A stretch of DNA of 64,000 bases from an uncultured Clostridia bacterium. GTDB taxonomy: Bacteria > Bacillota > Clostridia > Christensenellales > UBA1242. The DNA lies in NCBI GenBank assembly GCA_934772045.1, contig CAKVMH010000001.1, positions 17,006 through 81,005 of the forward strand, given 5' to 3'. The notes below the pieces were generated by a model. That model made no database searches. It was not told where the DNA came from and saw only the letters and a program-made list of their open reading frames with translations. The position numbers and the translations under genes are program-made. Of the stretch, positions 45,887-56,693 are shown piece by piece. Numbering within the stretch: the first letter of the stretch is position 1; every line of letters begins with the position of its first letter.

Positions 45887-47158
45887 TTAATTCGTATTTT
45901 TGTTTTGTTCTTCGTCTTTTATACGTGCCCGTTCATAAATCAATATTCCCAACATATTAATGCTATACACAATTGAAAATACAATCAACATAATGTTAAA
46001 CAGTATTTGTGAGTTTGAAAAGCTTAACAAACACACAAGCCCAAAAGTCAACACACGTGAAAAGCACAAAGTTATTTCAATGATGCCTTGATGTTCGCCA
46101 ATATCCTGATAAAGACCCGCTTCTTTCAAATCTTTATTCCTAAACACATCATATTGCACTTTAAACAGAGCGGAACAAATTTCTGTGCAGAAATTGAAAA
46201 TTATAACTGTTACAATGTTAGGGTTAACGATGAATATCACACTGCCGACAACTGGCAACAAGCTAATTAAAATATAAAGCCAGTTGCGTTTGCCTTCTTT
46301 TGTAAATCGGTTAAATGTTAATATAAACAAAATAACAGCCACAGCAATTACACTTGTAATTGCACCCAAACTTAAATTACTGCCACATTCAAGCATAACA
46401 CAAACGCTTATAAGTGTGGACAAAACGGAAGTCATGCCATGAATGAAGCTGAAATTATATGCCCTTTTAACTTTTATATATAATGGGAAATTTGCTTTTA
46501 AACGCTCCCAGTAATCTGGTATATTAAAATCGCTGTTTTCTGGTTTTTTGGCATGCACCACAAATGAAACCGCAATTTGCAATAAACAAATGATAAACAC
46601 GTAAATCGCAACTTGGCTGAAAGTGGACACTTCAATTAATGCACCAACTGTAATTGGAAAAATAACATTGACCGATTGCCTCAAAATGTAGGTAAATACC
46701 GCAAATTTATTGATACTTTTACGGCTTACCATTTCTTGTTTTAACACATTGTAACTTGCCCAATAAAACCCTTTTGAAAACCCTTCCAGCAAACCTGCAA
46801 GCCAAATATATCTTGCAATTTGCTCACCAAAGAAAATTGAAAACAGCACCACACCCGCGCGCATAACTAGCGACAACCTGTAAACCCAAATTCTGTTTGT
46901 TTTTGCAACAAGAAAACTTGCTAAATAATAGATAACCAGCATTACAGCATAGCCTATAACCTCAAATAAACTTGCCTTAAAGCAATAGTCAAATGCGCTG
47001 GTTGAAAAACTGTATAGGTGTGCAATTAAAAATGTGGAAACAAATATGTCAACAGCTTTTGCCAAGGTATGACAAAAACCCAACCCACGGTTGGCATGCC
47101 CATCTTTTTTGCTTGTTGCGATGTCATAGTTGTAACCCATAAAGTCATTATACAACAA
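45887..47158 (-). CDS. Polytopic membrane transporter (MFS-like, substrate unknown)
   Basis: 423-aa ORF with about 11-12 hydrophobic helices. Confidence 0.55.
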   Translation of the reverse strand: MLYNDFMGYNYDIATSKKDGHANRGLGFCHTLAKAVDIFVSTFLIAHLYSFSTSAFDYCFKASLFEVIGYAVMLVIYYLASFLVAKTNRIWVYRLSLVMRAGVVLFSIFFGEQIARYIWLAGLLEGFSKGFYWASYNVLKQEMVSRKSINKFAVFTYILRQSVNVIFPITVGALIEVSTFSQVAIYVFIICLLQIAVSFVVHAKKPENSDFNIPDYWERLKANFPLYIKVKRAYNFSFIHGMTSVLSTLISVCVMLECGSNLSLGAITSVIAVAVILFILTFNRFTKEGKRNWLYILISLLPVVGSVIFIVNPNIVTVIIFNFCTEICSALFKVQYDVFRNKDLKEAGLYQDIGEHQGIIEITLCFSRVLTFGLVCLLSFSNSQILFNIMLIVFSIVYSINMLGILIYERARIKDEEQNKNTN

Positions 47159-47216
47159 AATTAAAATTTATTAAAAGAATTTGTTGTCTTTTGCACAAAT
47201 AACACAATATTTTCAT

Positions 47217-47248
47217 AAAAAAAATTCCATGTTTCCATGGAATTTTTG
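47217..47248. terminator. Stem-loop terminator between tuf and the transporter gene
   Basis: AAAAAAAATTCCATG-tttc-CATGGAATTTTT. Confidence 0.7.
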
Positions 47249-47549
47249 TAAAATCGCAACAAACCAACATATAACAATCAGTTTTATTGAGATAAAAGGT
47301 CGCACTGGCCGGTGAAACCTTTACGCGCTAACATAAAATTATCATAAATCTCAGTTCGGTAGCTAATCAAAGTGAAACCTATGATCATAACCTAGCAAAG
47401 CCAGCCAATTTAAGTGCAGTTTAATTTAATTTGATCAGGACTAAACAAACCACAACTTAAACCAAATGGAAATGTTAGATTATACAATTTTAACCTTTAA
47501 AAGGATTTAATTAGTTAAATAATTAACTATTTTTAGGCAATTTCAAAAA

Positions 47550-48755
47550 TTAACCAAGAATTTCTGAAACAACGCCTGAACCTACTGTACGGCCACCTTC
47601 ACGGATAGCGAACCTCATACCCTTTTCAATAGCGATTGGGTGGATAAGTTCGATTTCCATTGTGATGTTGTCGCCTGGCATTACCATTTCAACGCCATCT
47701 GGAAGTTTGATTGAACCGGTAATATCAGTTGTACGAACGTAGAATTGTGGACGATAACCATTGAAGAATGGAGTATGACGACCACCTTCTTCTTTCTTCA
47801 AAACGTAAACTTCAGCTTTGAAGTGTGTGTGTGGTGTGATTGAACCTGGTTTAGCAAGAACTTGACCACGTTCAATTTCAGTACGTTGGATACCACGAAG
47901 CAACAAACCTGCGTTATCACCTGAACGAGCTTCGTCAAGTGACTTACGGAACATTTCAATACCTGTGATAACAACTTTACGGGTAGGTTTAATACCAACC
48001 AATTCAACTTCTTCGTTGAGGTGGCAAACACCGCGTTCAACTCTACCTGTAGCAACAGTACCACGACCAGTGATTGAGAATACATCTTCAACTGGCATTA
48101 AGAAAGGTTTATCAGTGTCACGAACTGGGTCTGGAATATAGGTATCAACAGCGTCCATCAATTCACGGATGCAGTCGCAAGCAGGATCATTAACGTTACC
48201 AGCAGAAGCAGCTTCCAAAGCTTTAAGAGCAGAACCCTTAATGATTGGAGTTGTATCGCCAGGGAAACCATATGATGACAATAAGTCACGGATTTCCATT
48301 TCAACCAAGTCTAAGATTTCTGGATCGTCAACTTGATCAGTTTTGTTCATGAATACGATGATGTAAGGAACGCCTACTTGACGAGCAAGCAAGATGTGTT
48401 CTTTAGTTTGAGGCATTGGGCCGTCAGTTGCAGCAACAACGAGGATTGCGCCGTCCATTTGAGCAGCACCAGTGATCATGTTTTTAACATAGTCAGCGTG
48501 TCCTGGGCAGTCAACGTGAGCGTAGTGACGTTTAGCTGTTTCGTACTCAATGTGTGATGTGTTAATTGTAATACCGCGCGCCCTTTCTTCAGGGGTGTTG
48601 TCAATACCAGCATAGTCTTTCTTATCAGCATTGAAGCCCATGCCAGCAAGAGTCAAGTTAATAGCAGCGGTTAATGTAGTTTTACCATGGTCAACGTGGC
48701 CAATAGTACCAATGTTAACGTGTGGTTTAGTTCTATCAAATTTAGCTTTAGCCAT
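47550..48755 (-). CDS. tuf: Elongation factor Tu
   Basis: [18 protein letters not shown] motifs; 401 aa. Confidence 0.97.
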   Translation of the reverse strand: MAKAKFDRTKPHVNIGTIGHVDHGKTTLTAAINLTLAGMGFNADKKDYAGIDNTPEERARGITINTSHIEYETAKRHYAHVDCPGHADYVKNMITGAAQMDGAILVVAATDGPMPQTKEHILLARQVGVPYIIVFMNKTDQVDDPEILDLVEMEIRDLLSSYGFPGDTTPIIKGSALKALEAASAGNVNDPACDCIRELMDAVDTYIPDPVRDTDKPFLMPVEDVFSITGRGTVATGRVERGVCHLNEEVELVGIKPTRKVVITGIEMFRKSLDEARSGDNAGLLLRGIQRTEIERGQVLAKPGSITPHTHFKAEVYVLKKEEGGRHTPFFNGYRPQFYVRTTDITGSIKLPDGVEMVMPGDNITMEIELIHPIAIEKGMRFAIREGGRTVGSGVVSEILG

Positions 48756-48969
48756 TTTTATTGTTCTCCTTTTTAAATAATAAACAATTATATTCTAATT
48801 TAATTTGCATTAATAAGTCAAGCAAATTTTGAATGTTTTTTATTTTCTTTTATTTGCTAAATATAACAAATTATTGTGGTTTTTAAGTGAAAATTGAATG
48901 TTGATTTAAACTGCCTGTGCACAATTGCAATCCAAATTAAATTCAACTTTCACCTTTAAACTACAACAA

Positions 48970-51051
48970 TTATTCAGCCAATTTTTTCCTGTCGCCAATA
49001 ACTTTATCAGCAACATTTTTTGGACATTCAGCATAGTGATCTGGCACCATTGTGAATGTACCACGGCCTTGTGTTGAACCACGAAGGTCGGTTGAGTAAC
49101 CAAACATTTCGCTAAGTGGAACTTCAGCATGAATAACTTGGCTACCATATTTAGCTTCTGTACCAGTAAGCACACCACGGCGTGATGTAAGCCCGCCCAT
49201 AACAGAACCCAAATATTCGTCTGGTGTTGTAACTTCAACTTTCATGATAGGTTCAAGTAACACTGGGTCAGCTTTAGCCATAGCGTCTTTAAATGCCATA
49301 GAACCAGCAATTTTAAACGCCATTTCACTAGAGTCGACATCGTGGTAAGAACCGCCCAACAAAGTAACTTTGAAGTCAATTGTTTCGTAACCAGCAACCA
49401 CGCCAGCCTTTTTAGCTTCTTGAATACCTGCGTCGATTGGTGGGATAAATTCTTTTGGAACTTCACCGCCGACAACTTTGCTTTCAAAGATGTAGCCTTT
49501 ATCTCTTTCCAATGGTTCCATTAAAATCTTACAGTGACCATATTGACCACGACCACCAGATTGTTTAATGTACTTACCTTCGGCTTCAACAGCTTTACGG
49601 ATTGTTTCTTTGTAAGCAACTTGTGGTTTACCAACAGTTACTTCAACGCCGAATTCACGTTTCATACGGTCAACCAAAATGTCAAGGTGCAATTCGCCCA
49701 TGCCGGCGATAATTGTTTGACCAGTTTGGTCATCAGTGTATGATTTGAAAGTAGGGTCTTCTTCCATTAATTTAGAAATTGCGATGCCCAACTTTTCTTG
49801 TGCTTGCTTGTCCTTAGGTTCGATTGCTTGTTGGATAACTGGTTTCATAAATTCCATTTCTTCCAACTTGATAGGATGATTTTCATCGCAAAGTGTGTCA
49901 CCTGTGCCAGTGTTTTTTAAACCAACAACTGCGCAGATATCACCTGCCAAAACTTCATCAATATCAGTACGGTTGTTTGCATGCATGTGAAGCAAACGGC
50001 CGATACGTTCTTTTTTGTCTTTACTTGCGTTCAAAACGTAACTACCAGCACTCAACTTACCGCTATAAACACGAATGAATGTGATACGACCAACATATGG
50101 GTCAGTTGCAATTTTAAATGCAAGTGCTGCAAATGGTTCGTCGTCACTGTTGTTACGAGTAACTTCTGTGCCATCTTCCAACGTACCTTTAATAGGTGGT
50201 ACATCGATTGGGCTTGGCATATAATCAACAATTGCATCAAGCAATTCTTGTATACCTTTGTTCCTTGCAGCTGTTCCGCATAAAACTGGGAACATTTTAA
50301 GTGAACATGTTGCTTTACGAATACCCTTTTTAATTTCGTCAATTGTAAGTTCTTCACCCATGAAGAATTTATCCAACAATTCGTCATCAGTTTCAGCAAC
50401 AGATTCAATCATTTTTTGCCTGTATTCTTGGCATTGAGCAAGCATGTCAGCTGGAATTTCTTCTTCCCTAACATCTTTGCCAAGGTCATCATAGAACACA
50501 TAAGCTTTCATTTTAACAAGGTCAACGATACCTTTAAATGTTTCAGCTTCTCCGATAGGAAGTTGAAGTGGAACAACATTTGCACCCAAAACTTCTTTCA
50601 TTGATTTAACAGCCTTTAAGAAGTTTGCGTCGTTGATGTCCATCTTATTTACAAAGCAAAGCCTTGGAACGTTGAACTTGCTTGCTTGACGCCAAACGTT
50701 TTCACTTTGTGCTTGAACGCCAGCACGCGCACTGAACAATGCAACCGCACCATCAAGCACTTTCAAACTACGTTCAACTTCAACAGTGAAGTCCACGTGT
50801 CCTGGGGTGTCGATGATGTTGATTGTGCAATCTTGCCACTTACATGTGGTACAAGCAGATGTGATTGTAATACCACGTTCTTGTTCTTGTGCCATCCAGT
50901 CCATTGTTGCTTCACCGTCGTGTACTTCACCAATTTTGTGGTTAATACCGGTGTAGAACAATATACGTTCAGTGGTGGTTGTTTTACCAGTATCGATGTG
51001 CGCCATAATACCGATATTTCTAATTTTTTGTAATGGTACTGTTCTCGCCAT
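48970..51051 (-). CDS. fusA: Elongation factor G
   Basis: [18 protein letters not shown] motifs; 693 aa. Confidence 0.97.
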   Translation of the reverse strand: MARTVPLQKIRNIGIMAHIDTGKTTTTERILFYTGINHKIGEVHDGEATMDWMAQEQERGITITSACTTCKWQDCTINIIDTPGHVDFTVEVERSLKVLDGAVALFSARAGVQAQSENVWRQASKFNVPRLCFVNKMDINDANFLKAVKSMKEVLGANVVPLQLPIGEAETFKGIVDLVKMKAYVFYDDLGKDVREEEIPADMLAQCQEYRQKMIESVAETDDELLDKFFMGEELTIDEIKKGIRKATCSLKMFPVLCGTAARNKGIQELLDAIVDYMPSPIDVPPIKGTLEDGTEVTRNNSDDEPFAALAFKIATDPYVGRITFIRVYSGKLSAGSYVLNASKDKKERIGRLLHMHANNRTDIDEVLAGDICAVVGLKNTGTGDTLCDENHPIKLEEMEFMKPVIQQAIEPKDKQAQEKLGIAISKLMEEDPTFKSYTDDQTGQTIIAGMGELHLDILVDRMKREFGVEVTVGKPQVAYKETIRKAVEAEGKYIKQSGGRGQYGHCKILMEPLERDKGYIFESKVVGGEVPKEFIPPIDAGIQEAKKAGVVAGYETIDFKVTLLGGSYHDVDSSEMAFKIAGSMAFKDAMAKADPVLLEPIMKVEVTTPDEYLGSVMGGLTSRRGVLTGTEAKYGSQVIHAEVPLSEMFGYSTDLRGSTQGRGTFTMVPDHYAECPKNVADKVIGDRKKLAE

Positions 51052-51066
51052 TTAATCCCCCTTAAA

Positions 51067-51537
51067 TTACCAACGATAGTGTGCAAAAGCTTTGTTGGCT
51101 TCAGCTTGCCTGTGCATATCGTCGCGTTTCTTAATTGCGCCACCTGCTTGATTGTAGGCGTCAGCAATTTCAGCACTTAACCTTGCGTCCATACCACGTT
51201 CGTTACGCTTCCTAGCAGCCATAACTAACCAACGGATTGCAAGTGTTTGTTGTCTATCAGCGCTAACTTCCATAGGAACTTGATAGTTTGCGCCACCAAC
51301 ACGCCTAACTTTTGTTTCAAGTTTAGGTTTAACATTTTCAATTGCTTGGTTAAGCACAACCATTGGTTCTTCACCAATTTTTTCAGCGGAAGTTTTCATT
51401 GCACTATAAACGATTGATTGTGCAATACCCTTTTTACCATCAACCATAACTTGGTTAATAAGTTTTGAAACTACGGTTGAATTGTATAATGGATCAGGTA
51501 TCACATCACGCTTTACAGCAGCATTTCTTCTTGACAT
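51067..51537 (-). CDS. rpsG: 30S ribosomal protein S7
   Basis: MSRRNAAVKRDVIPDPLYNS...; AAGGAG SD; the ORF-track start 51567 is an extension. Confidence 0.95.
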   Translation of the reverse strand: MSRRNAAVKRDVIPDPLYNSTVVSKLINQVMVDGKKGIAQSIVYSAMKTSAEKIGEEPMVVLNQAIENVKPKLETKVRRVGGANYQVPMEVSADRQQTLAIRWLVMAARKRNERGMDARLSAEIADAYNQAGGAIKKRDDMHRQAEANKAFAHYRW

Positions 51538-51592
51538 AATATTTCTCCTTATTTTATTTTTTAACAATAAAACATTGATTTAATTAGATGTT

Positions 51593-52288
51593 TTATTCAT
51601 CCAAACCTAAATTTAATAAAATTTCGGTTTGTTCTTCCTTTGACATCTTTTGCATTTTTTGTTTAAATTTAGCGGTCATCTGTTCGAGTGAAATTTCTTC
51701 ATCAGTCTTTTTCTTGCCAACAATTAATTCACTGTGTGGCAATGTTTCAATCCAACGGCAAAACTCACGCCATTCAGGCAAACGGTGATTTTTGCGCTGT
51801 GCATAAACTGTTTTCAACTGACGATAATTTGTTGTTAACCTTGCAGTCAACATAAAGCCAGATGGAATGTTGTATAAAAGTTTTAAATACTTTTCCGCTT
51901 TCAATGGTGAATCTTCAGGTTCGTCTAAATATTCTTGCTTAATTTCATTAATCCTTCGCAAAATACACTTATCCACATAATTGTTGCATTGTTTATCAAT
52001 GTCAAACTTGCTAATTCTGTGCATGGTGGATTGGCTTGAAACAAAATATAAAAATCTATATCTTTCAGCCTCTGTCCACGCTTTAAGTGAAAATGACACA
52101 TCGAACGACACATTTATGCCTGTTAAGAACTGGTCGTGCCCTTCACCTTTGCCCGATTGCGCAAGGGTTAACACGGTTTTTGTGATGTCTGTGTTAAGAA
52201 CATCATTGTCAACCGACATAGGATATTTGCTTGCCTTAATTGATTCATCAAAACCACTAACTACAACATTTTCAATTTTAAATTCCAT
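51593..52288 (-). CDS. ThyX-fold (Thy1-like) protein, divergent, inserted between rpsL and rpsG
   Basis: By-eye alignment to ThyX: GHDQFLTGINVSFDVS../AERYRFLYFVSSQSTMHR vs HGHETPFEH..F.V../FRHRIASYNELSGRY; LTTNYRQLKTVYAQR..EWREFC vs TVNARSLMNFLNLR..WEIQ; GAGG SD. Confidence 0.5.
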   Translation of the reverse strand: MEFKIENVVVSGFDESIKASKYPMSVDNDVLNTDITKTVLTLAQSGKGEGHDQFLTGINVSFDVSFSLKAWTEAERYRFLYFVSSQSTMHRISKFDIDKQCNNYVDKCILRRINEIKQEYLDEPEDSPLKAEKYLKLLYNIPSGFMLTARLTTNYRQLKTVYAQRKNHRLPEWREFCRWIETLPHSELIVGKKKTDEEISLEQMTAKFKQKMQKMSKEEQTEILLNLGLDE

Positions 52289-52330
52289 ATAAATACCTCA
52301 TAATTAAAATTTGCAATGTTAATTAGGCGT

Positions 52331-52359
52331 ATTTATATTTAAAAAAGCAAAACTGTCAA
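52331..52359 (-). promoter_or_regulatory. Candidate promoter for the ThyX-like gene (and rpsG-fusA?)
   Basis: TTGACA (52354-59) - 16 nt - TATAAA on the minus strand. Confidence 0.4.
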
Positions 52360-52477
52360 TTTATTATTTAATTAATACGTTAAGCACTTATATTGATTTT
52401 CAGTGCTAACTCAATTCAAGGTTTAAATTTCATTGGGGCTTTTAGCACCTAACAAAAATTTATGCAATAAATTTTTA

Positions 52478-52515
52478 TTTTGAGCCCGCTCAAATCAAGG
52501 TTAAGAATTAACCTT
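52478..52515 (-). promoter_or_regulatory. Two hairpins immediately after rpsL
   Basis: AAGGTTAA-gaa-TTAACCTT overlapping the rpsL stop; TTGAGC-cc-GCTCAA next to it; no clear U-run on the sense strand. Confidence 0.4.
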
Positions 52516-52885
52516 ATTTAGGGCGTTTAGCGCCGTATTTACTTCTACCTTGTTTACGTTTTTGAACAGCCGCTGTATCAAGCGCACCACGAACAACGTG
52601 ATAACGTACACCTGGAAGGTCAGGAACACGACCGCCACGAACCAACACAACGTTGTGTTCTTGCAAGTTATGTCCTTCGCCTGGGATATAGCATGTTGTT
52701 TCCTTGCCATTTGACAAACGAACACGGCAAATCTTACGCAAAGCTGAGTTTGGTTTTTTAGGTGTTGTTGTTGTAACTGTTAAGCACACACCACGTTTTT
52801 GTGGGCATTCGTCCAAAAGGATTGATTGTGATTTAGCAGTTTGTTTAACACGACCCTTTCTTACCAATTGATTAACTGTAGGCAT
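52514..52885 (-). CDS. rpsL: 30S ribosomal protein S12
   Basis: [12 protein letters not shown]...[10 protein letters not shown]...; 123 aa. Confidence 0.97.
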   Translation of the reverse strand: MPTVNQLVRKGRVKQTAKSQSILLDECPQKRGVCLTVTTTTPKKPNSALRKICRVRLSNGKETTCYIPGEGHNLQEHNVVLVRGGRVPDLPGVRYHVVRGALDTAAVQKRKQGRSKYGAKRPK

Positions 52886-53179
52886 TTTTCCTCCTTAAAA
52901 TTTTGCATGGAATAATCCATATTGCTTTTGGCAAGTTCAAGTTTCCTTTACCCGCCTTCTGCGTTGTGTTGAGTAACTTTAAATTACCCAACTTTTGTTT
53001 TGGTTTAAGCATGTTTCCAAAACGGTTTGCATTGCCAAGCAATGCGCGGTTAGTTTTAAAAGCCTAAAACCAATTTCTTTACTTTCGTGTGAATTTTAAG
53101 AAACAGTTTTAAAACAGTAAAACTAACAAAAAGCAACCTCTTCCTAATGGCAAAGCAGCATTTTGCCATAGTTGGAAGA

Positions 53180-53208
53180 ATTATACTAAATTATAGCCAT
53201 AAAGTCAA
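53180..53208 (-). promoter_or_regulatory. Candidate rpsL promoter giving a roughly 290-nt leader
   Basis: TTGACT (53203-08) - 17 nt - TATAAT (53180-85). Confidence 0.5.
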
Positions 53209-53454
53209 TAGTTTTATCTATTTTACAGCCCAAAAATTTAGCACGCATTGCCATTGCATTTTTAACTGCCTAAATATAACATTGCACAAATATATTAGCA
53301 AAACGCTCATTTAAAAGCCATAACCAAAACCCACAAAAAATTTATTGTTGATATAAACTATTTTTATAATAAATTATAAAATTATCTCGTAATTTCAATC
53401 ACCGAATGATGAATAACATCATACTGTGCAATTAATCACAAACCAACATTTATC

Positions 53455-53486
53455 CAAAAAAAGGCCTACATTTGTAGGTCTTTTTA
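53455..53486 (-). terminator. Terminator after rplQ
   Basis: AGGCCTACA-tt-TGTAGGTCT (one mismatch) flanked by A-run/T-run. Confidence 0.65.
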
Positions 53487-53679
53487 AATCTCTATTTAAA
53501 CTTTTTATCGATTTGTCTTTTAATAAATGCAATGCTTAAACACTGTTAGTTGGTTTGTCTTTTGCATGAATTAATGCTTAAATGATAAACAATTTACATA
53601 ATATTTCGCTAATTTAATAAATTAAATCAACTCAATAATTCGATTAGTAATGTAAACATTACGAATGGCATCTATTGAA

Positions 53680-54189
53680 CTAGATAAGTTCAATAATTGC
53701 CATTTCAGCATTATCCCCTTTGCGGATACCAGTTTTCATAATGCGGGTATAACCGCCACCTTGACCAAGTTCTTTTGCGCGTGCTGCATATTTAGGAGCA
53801 TACACATTGAAGATTTTTTCGCAAAGTGGATTTTTGATGTTGTCTATACGTGTAAGGTAATCAGCCTTCTTTTCGCCTGGTTTGCGTTGTTCCTTAACTG
53901 AGTAAGTTTTAGCCATAATTTTCCTGCGTGCTGCAAGTTTTTTAGGGCCATCGTTCATAACTTCGCGTGTTGTTTTTTCGCCCTTAGCGTTAACGGTTGA
54001 TTTGTTAACAGTAACAACATCGTCGTAAGAGTTAATTGCAAGTGTCAACAATTTTTCAACATAACTTCTAAGAGATTTAGCGCGAGCAACAGTTGTTTCG
54101 ATTTTGCCTTTCCAAAGTAAATCGGTTGCTTGGTTACGCATGATAGCAAGTCTTTCCTCAGTAGGACGGCCTAATTTAGCATTTGACAT
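53680..54189 (-). CDS. rplQ: 50S ribosomal protein L17 (long form)
   Basis: LGRPTEERLAIMRNQATDLL... typical bL17 N-terminus, with internal extension. Confidence 0.9.
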   Translation of the reverse strand: MSNAKLGRPTEERLAIMRNQATDLLWKGKIETTVARAKSLRSYVEKLLTLAINSYDDVVTVNKSTVNAKGEKTTREVMNDGPKKLAARRKIMAKTYSVKEQRKPGEKKADYLTRIDNIKNPLCEKIFNVYAPKYAARAKELGQGGGYTRIMKTGIRKGDNAEMAIIELI

Positions 54190-54203
54190 ATTATTTGTCC
54201 TCC

Positions 54204-55160
54204 TTAATAATTTTCGTTGCCTTCAAGGACAATGCCAAGTGCTTCAAGTTTAGCAATAACTTCTTCCATAGATTTAGCACCCATGTTGCGCACTTTCATC
54301 ATTTCACCGCGAGTCTTTTTAGCAAGGTCGCCAATAGTGTCGATGCCAGCACGTTTCAAGCAGTTATAGCTACGAACGCTCAATTCCATTTCCTCAATAG
54401 GTTTTTCGTATAATTTTGTTCTTTCGTCTTCTTTACGCGCAACTAAGATATTCATACCGTCCATACCTTCAACAAGTTCAACGAACATAGTTGCGTAATC
54501 GTTTAAAAGTTTTGCAGAAAGTGCAACAACTTCTTTTGCACTGACTGTACCGCGAGTTTGAACATCAAGCACAAGTTTGTCGTAGTCAAGGCTACGGCCA
54601 ACACGGCTAGATTGAACTTCAAAGTTAACGCGTTTAACAGGAGTGAATAATGAATCGATGGCGATGTAATCCACTTCATCAGAATATTCTTTATTTTGAC
54701 TTGCAGGCACATAGCCACGGCCACGGCCAACATACAAAGTCATTTGAAGGTCAGCGTCGTCGTCAAGTGTGCAAATGTACAAATCAGGGTTAACAACTGA
54801 AATGCCTTCTTCACATTCAATATCTTTTGCGTAAACTGTTTTAGGGCCTTTAACATTTAATGTCATTTTGCCTTTAAAATCTTCATCTGTGCTTTCAGTT
54901 TTAACAGCCAAAGATTTCAAGTTCAACACAATGTCTGGCACATCTTCGGTCACGCCTTTGATTGTTGAAAATTCATGCAACACGCCTTTGATTTTGATAC
55001 CAACAACTGCAGCACCAGGAAGAGAACTTAAAAGTGTCCTTCTCAACATGTTGCCGATTGTGATGCCAAAGCCTTTTTCCATTGGTTCCACTGTGATAAT
55101 CGCATTCGCACCGTTGTCTGATTCTTCCAAAAGAATTTTTGGTTTTTCGATTTCCATCAT
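54204..55160 (-). CDS. rpoA: DNA-directed RNA polymerase subunit alpha
   Basis: 318 aa; NTD and CTD (ELSVRSYNCLKRAGI) motifs. Confidence 0.95.
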   Translation of the reverse strand: MMEIEKPKILLEESDNGANAIITVEPMEKGFGITIGNMLRRTLLSSLPGAAVVGIKIKGVLHEFSTIKGVTEDVPDIVLNLKSLAVKTESTDEDFKGKMTLNVKGPKTVYAKDIECEEGISVVNPDLYICTLDDDADLQMTLYVGRGRGYVPASQNKEYSDEVDYIAIDSLFTPVKRVNFEVQSSRVGRSLDYDKLVLDVQTRGTVSAKEVVALSAKLLNDYATMFVELVEGMDGMNILVARKEDERTKLYEKPIEEMELSVRSYNCLKRAGIDTIGDLAKKTRGEMMKVRNMGAKSMEEVIAKLEALGIVLEGNENY

Positions 55161-55174
55161 AATTATTTCTCCTA

Positions 55175-55795
55175 TTATCTTGAATAAAATTCGACAATTA
55201 AGTGTTCTTGAATGTTCAAGTCAATATCGTCGCGTTCTGGCAATGCCAAAACTTTACCTGTAAGGCTGTCCATATTGAATTCAAGCCATTTTGGTGTGCC
55301 AACTTTTGTTGACTCTTTAAGTGCTTTGAACATATCAAGTTCTTGTTTGCTTTCTTTAACAGCAATCACATCGCCAACTTTAACTTGGTATGATGGGATA
55401 TTAACTTTTTTGCCGTTAACAGTGATGTGACCGTGGTTAACGATTTGCCTAGCTTCGGCACGAGATGAACCCAAACCGCAACGATAAACCACGTTGTCAA
55501 GCCTTAATTCAAGCATTTTAAGTAAAGCCCAACCAGTAGCTTCTTTGCTAGCAGTTGCCTTTTCATAGTAAATTCTAAATTGTTTTTCAAGTAAACCATA
55601 GTTACGGCGCACTTTGTTCTTTTCGCGCAATTGGATGCCGTATTCACTGATTTTCTTCCTGCCTGTCCCGTGTTGACCAGGAACAACTGGGCGTTTATCA
55701 AATGAACACTTTGTTAAGCACCTTTCGCCTTTTAAGAAAAGTTTGCAACCTTCCCTACGGCATTGCTTACAACTTGGATTAGTATTTTTTGCCAT
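55175..55795 (-). CDS. rpsD: 30S ribosomal protein S4
   Basis: 206 aa; CKQCRREG..., S4 RNA-binding domain. Confidence 0.95.
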   Translation of the reverse strand: MAKNTNPSCKQCRREGCKLFLKGERCLTKCSFDKRPVVPGQHGTGRKKISEYGIQLREKNKVRRNYGLLEKQFRIYYEKATASKEATGWALLKMLELRLDNVVYRCGLGSSRAEARQIVNHGHITVNGKKVNIPSYQVKVGDVIAVKESKQELDMFKALKESTKVGTPKWLEFNMDSLTGKVLALPERDDIDLNIQEHLIVEFYSR

Positions 55796-55803
55796 ATTTC
55801 CTC

Positions 55804-56196
55804 CTATAACCTTCTAGCCTTAGGTGGCCTGCAACCATTGTGTGCGATTGGAGATACATCTTTAATCATGGTCACTTGAAGACCAGCACTGCCAACTGCA
55901 CGGATAGCAGATTCACGGGCAACACCCGCACCTTTAACATAAATTGCAACTTTGGTGATACCAAAAGATGCAACATCTTTTAAACAAGCTTCAACAGCGT
56001 CTTGTGCTGCGAATGGTGTTGTTTTCTTAGCACCACGGTTACCACGCGCGCCAGCACTTGATTGTGCAAGAAGGTTGCCTTGGCAAGTTAAAGATACGAT
56101 TGTGTTGTTTGGACCAGCCAAAATGCGCACTTCACCAGCACCATCTGGGGCTAAAAATTTCTTTTTCTTTACAACTTTTTTAGTAGTCTTAGCCAT
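55804..56196 (-). CDS. rpsK: 30S ribosomal protein S11
   Basis: 130 aa; typical uS11 sequence ending NGCRPPKARRL. Confidence 0.95.
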   Translation of the reverse strand: MAKTTKKVVKKKKFLAPDGAGEVRILAGPNNTIVSLTCQGNLLAQSSAGARGNRGAKKTTPFAAQDAVEACLKDVASFGITKVAIYVKGAGVARESAIRAVGSAGLQVTMIKDVSPIAHNGCRPPKARRL

Positions 56197-56206
56197 TTAT
56201 TCCTCC

Positions 56207-56575
56207 TTACTTCTTCTTGTTAGCTATTGTCTTTTTAGGACCTTTGCATGTACGAGCATTTTGCTTGCTTGATTGTCCACGAACAGGCAAATGAGCGATA
56301 TGCCTAAGCCCACGATAGCATCTAATTTCTTTTAATCTTTTGATGTCTAATGCGACATCTTTGCGTTTTTCACCTTCAACAACACAATGTGCTTCGATGT
56401 ATTTACGGATAGCAGCAATGTCATTTTCGGTAAGGTCTTTGACACGAGTGTCTGGGTTAATACCAGTTTCGGCCAAAATTTTGTTGGAAGTGGTTCTGCC
56501 AATACCATAAATGTAGGTCAAACCGATTTCCACTCTCTTTTCATTAGGTAAATCCACACCGGATATACGAGCCAT
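56207..56575 (-). CDS. rpsM: 30S ribosomal protein S13
   Basis: [10 protein letters not shown]... behind a GGAGGA SD; the ORF-track start 56668 is an extension. Confidence 0.95.
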   Translation of the reverse strand: MARISGVDLPNEKRVEIGLTYIYGIGRTTSNKILAETGINPDTRVKDLTENDIAAIRKYIEAHCVVEGEKRKDVALDIKRLKEIRCYRGLRHIAHLPVRGQSSKQNARTCKGPKKTIANKKK

Positions 56576-56693
56576 TTTGATTCCTCCAAATAATATTTTG
56601 CATTTGTTTGGCATTTGCGGGACGCAAATGTTGAATTTAAAATTGATAAACTGCAAGTTCACTTGCAAAGTTTTAAAGATTTTAAATTCACTA

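Noticed and set aside
47280-47420. Assignment of the tuf-transporter spacer to TPP, FMN or cobalamin riboswitch classes
   Set aside because: Isolated strings occur (CTGAGA, CCTGATC, GGTGAAA, GGCCAGTG). They are in the wrong order or on the wrong strand relative to the consensus architectures I remember.
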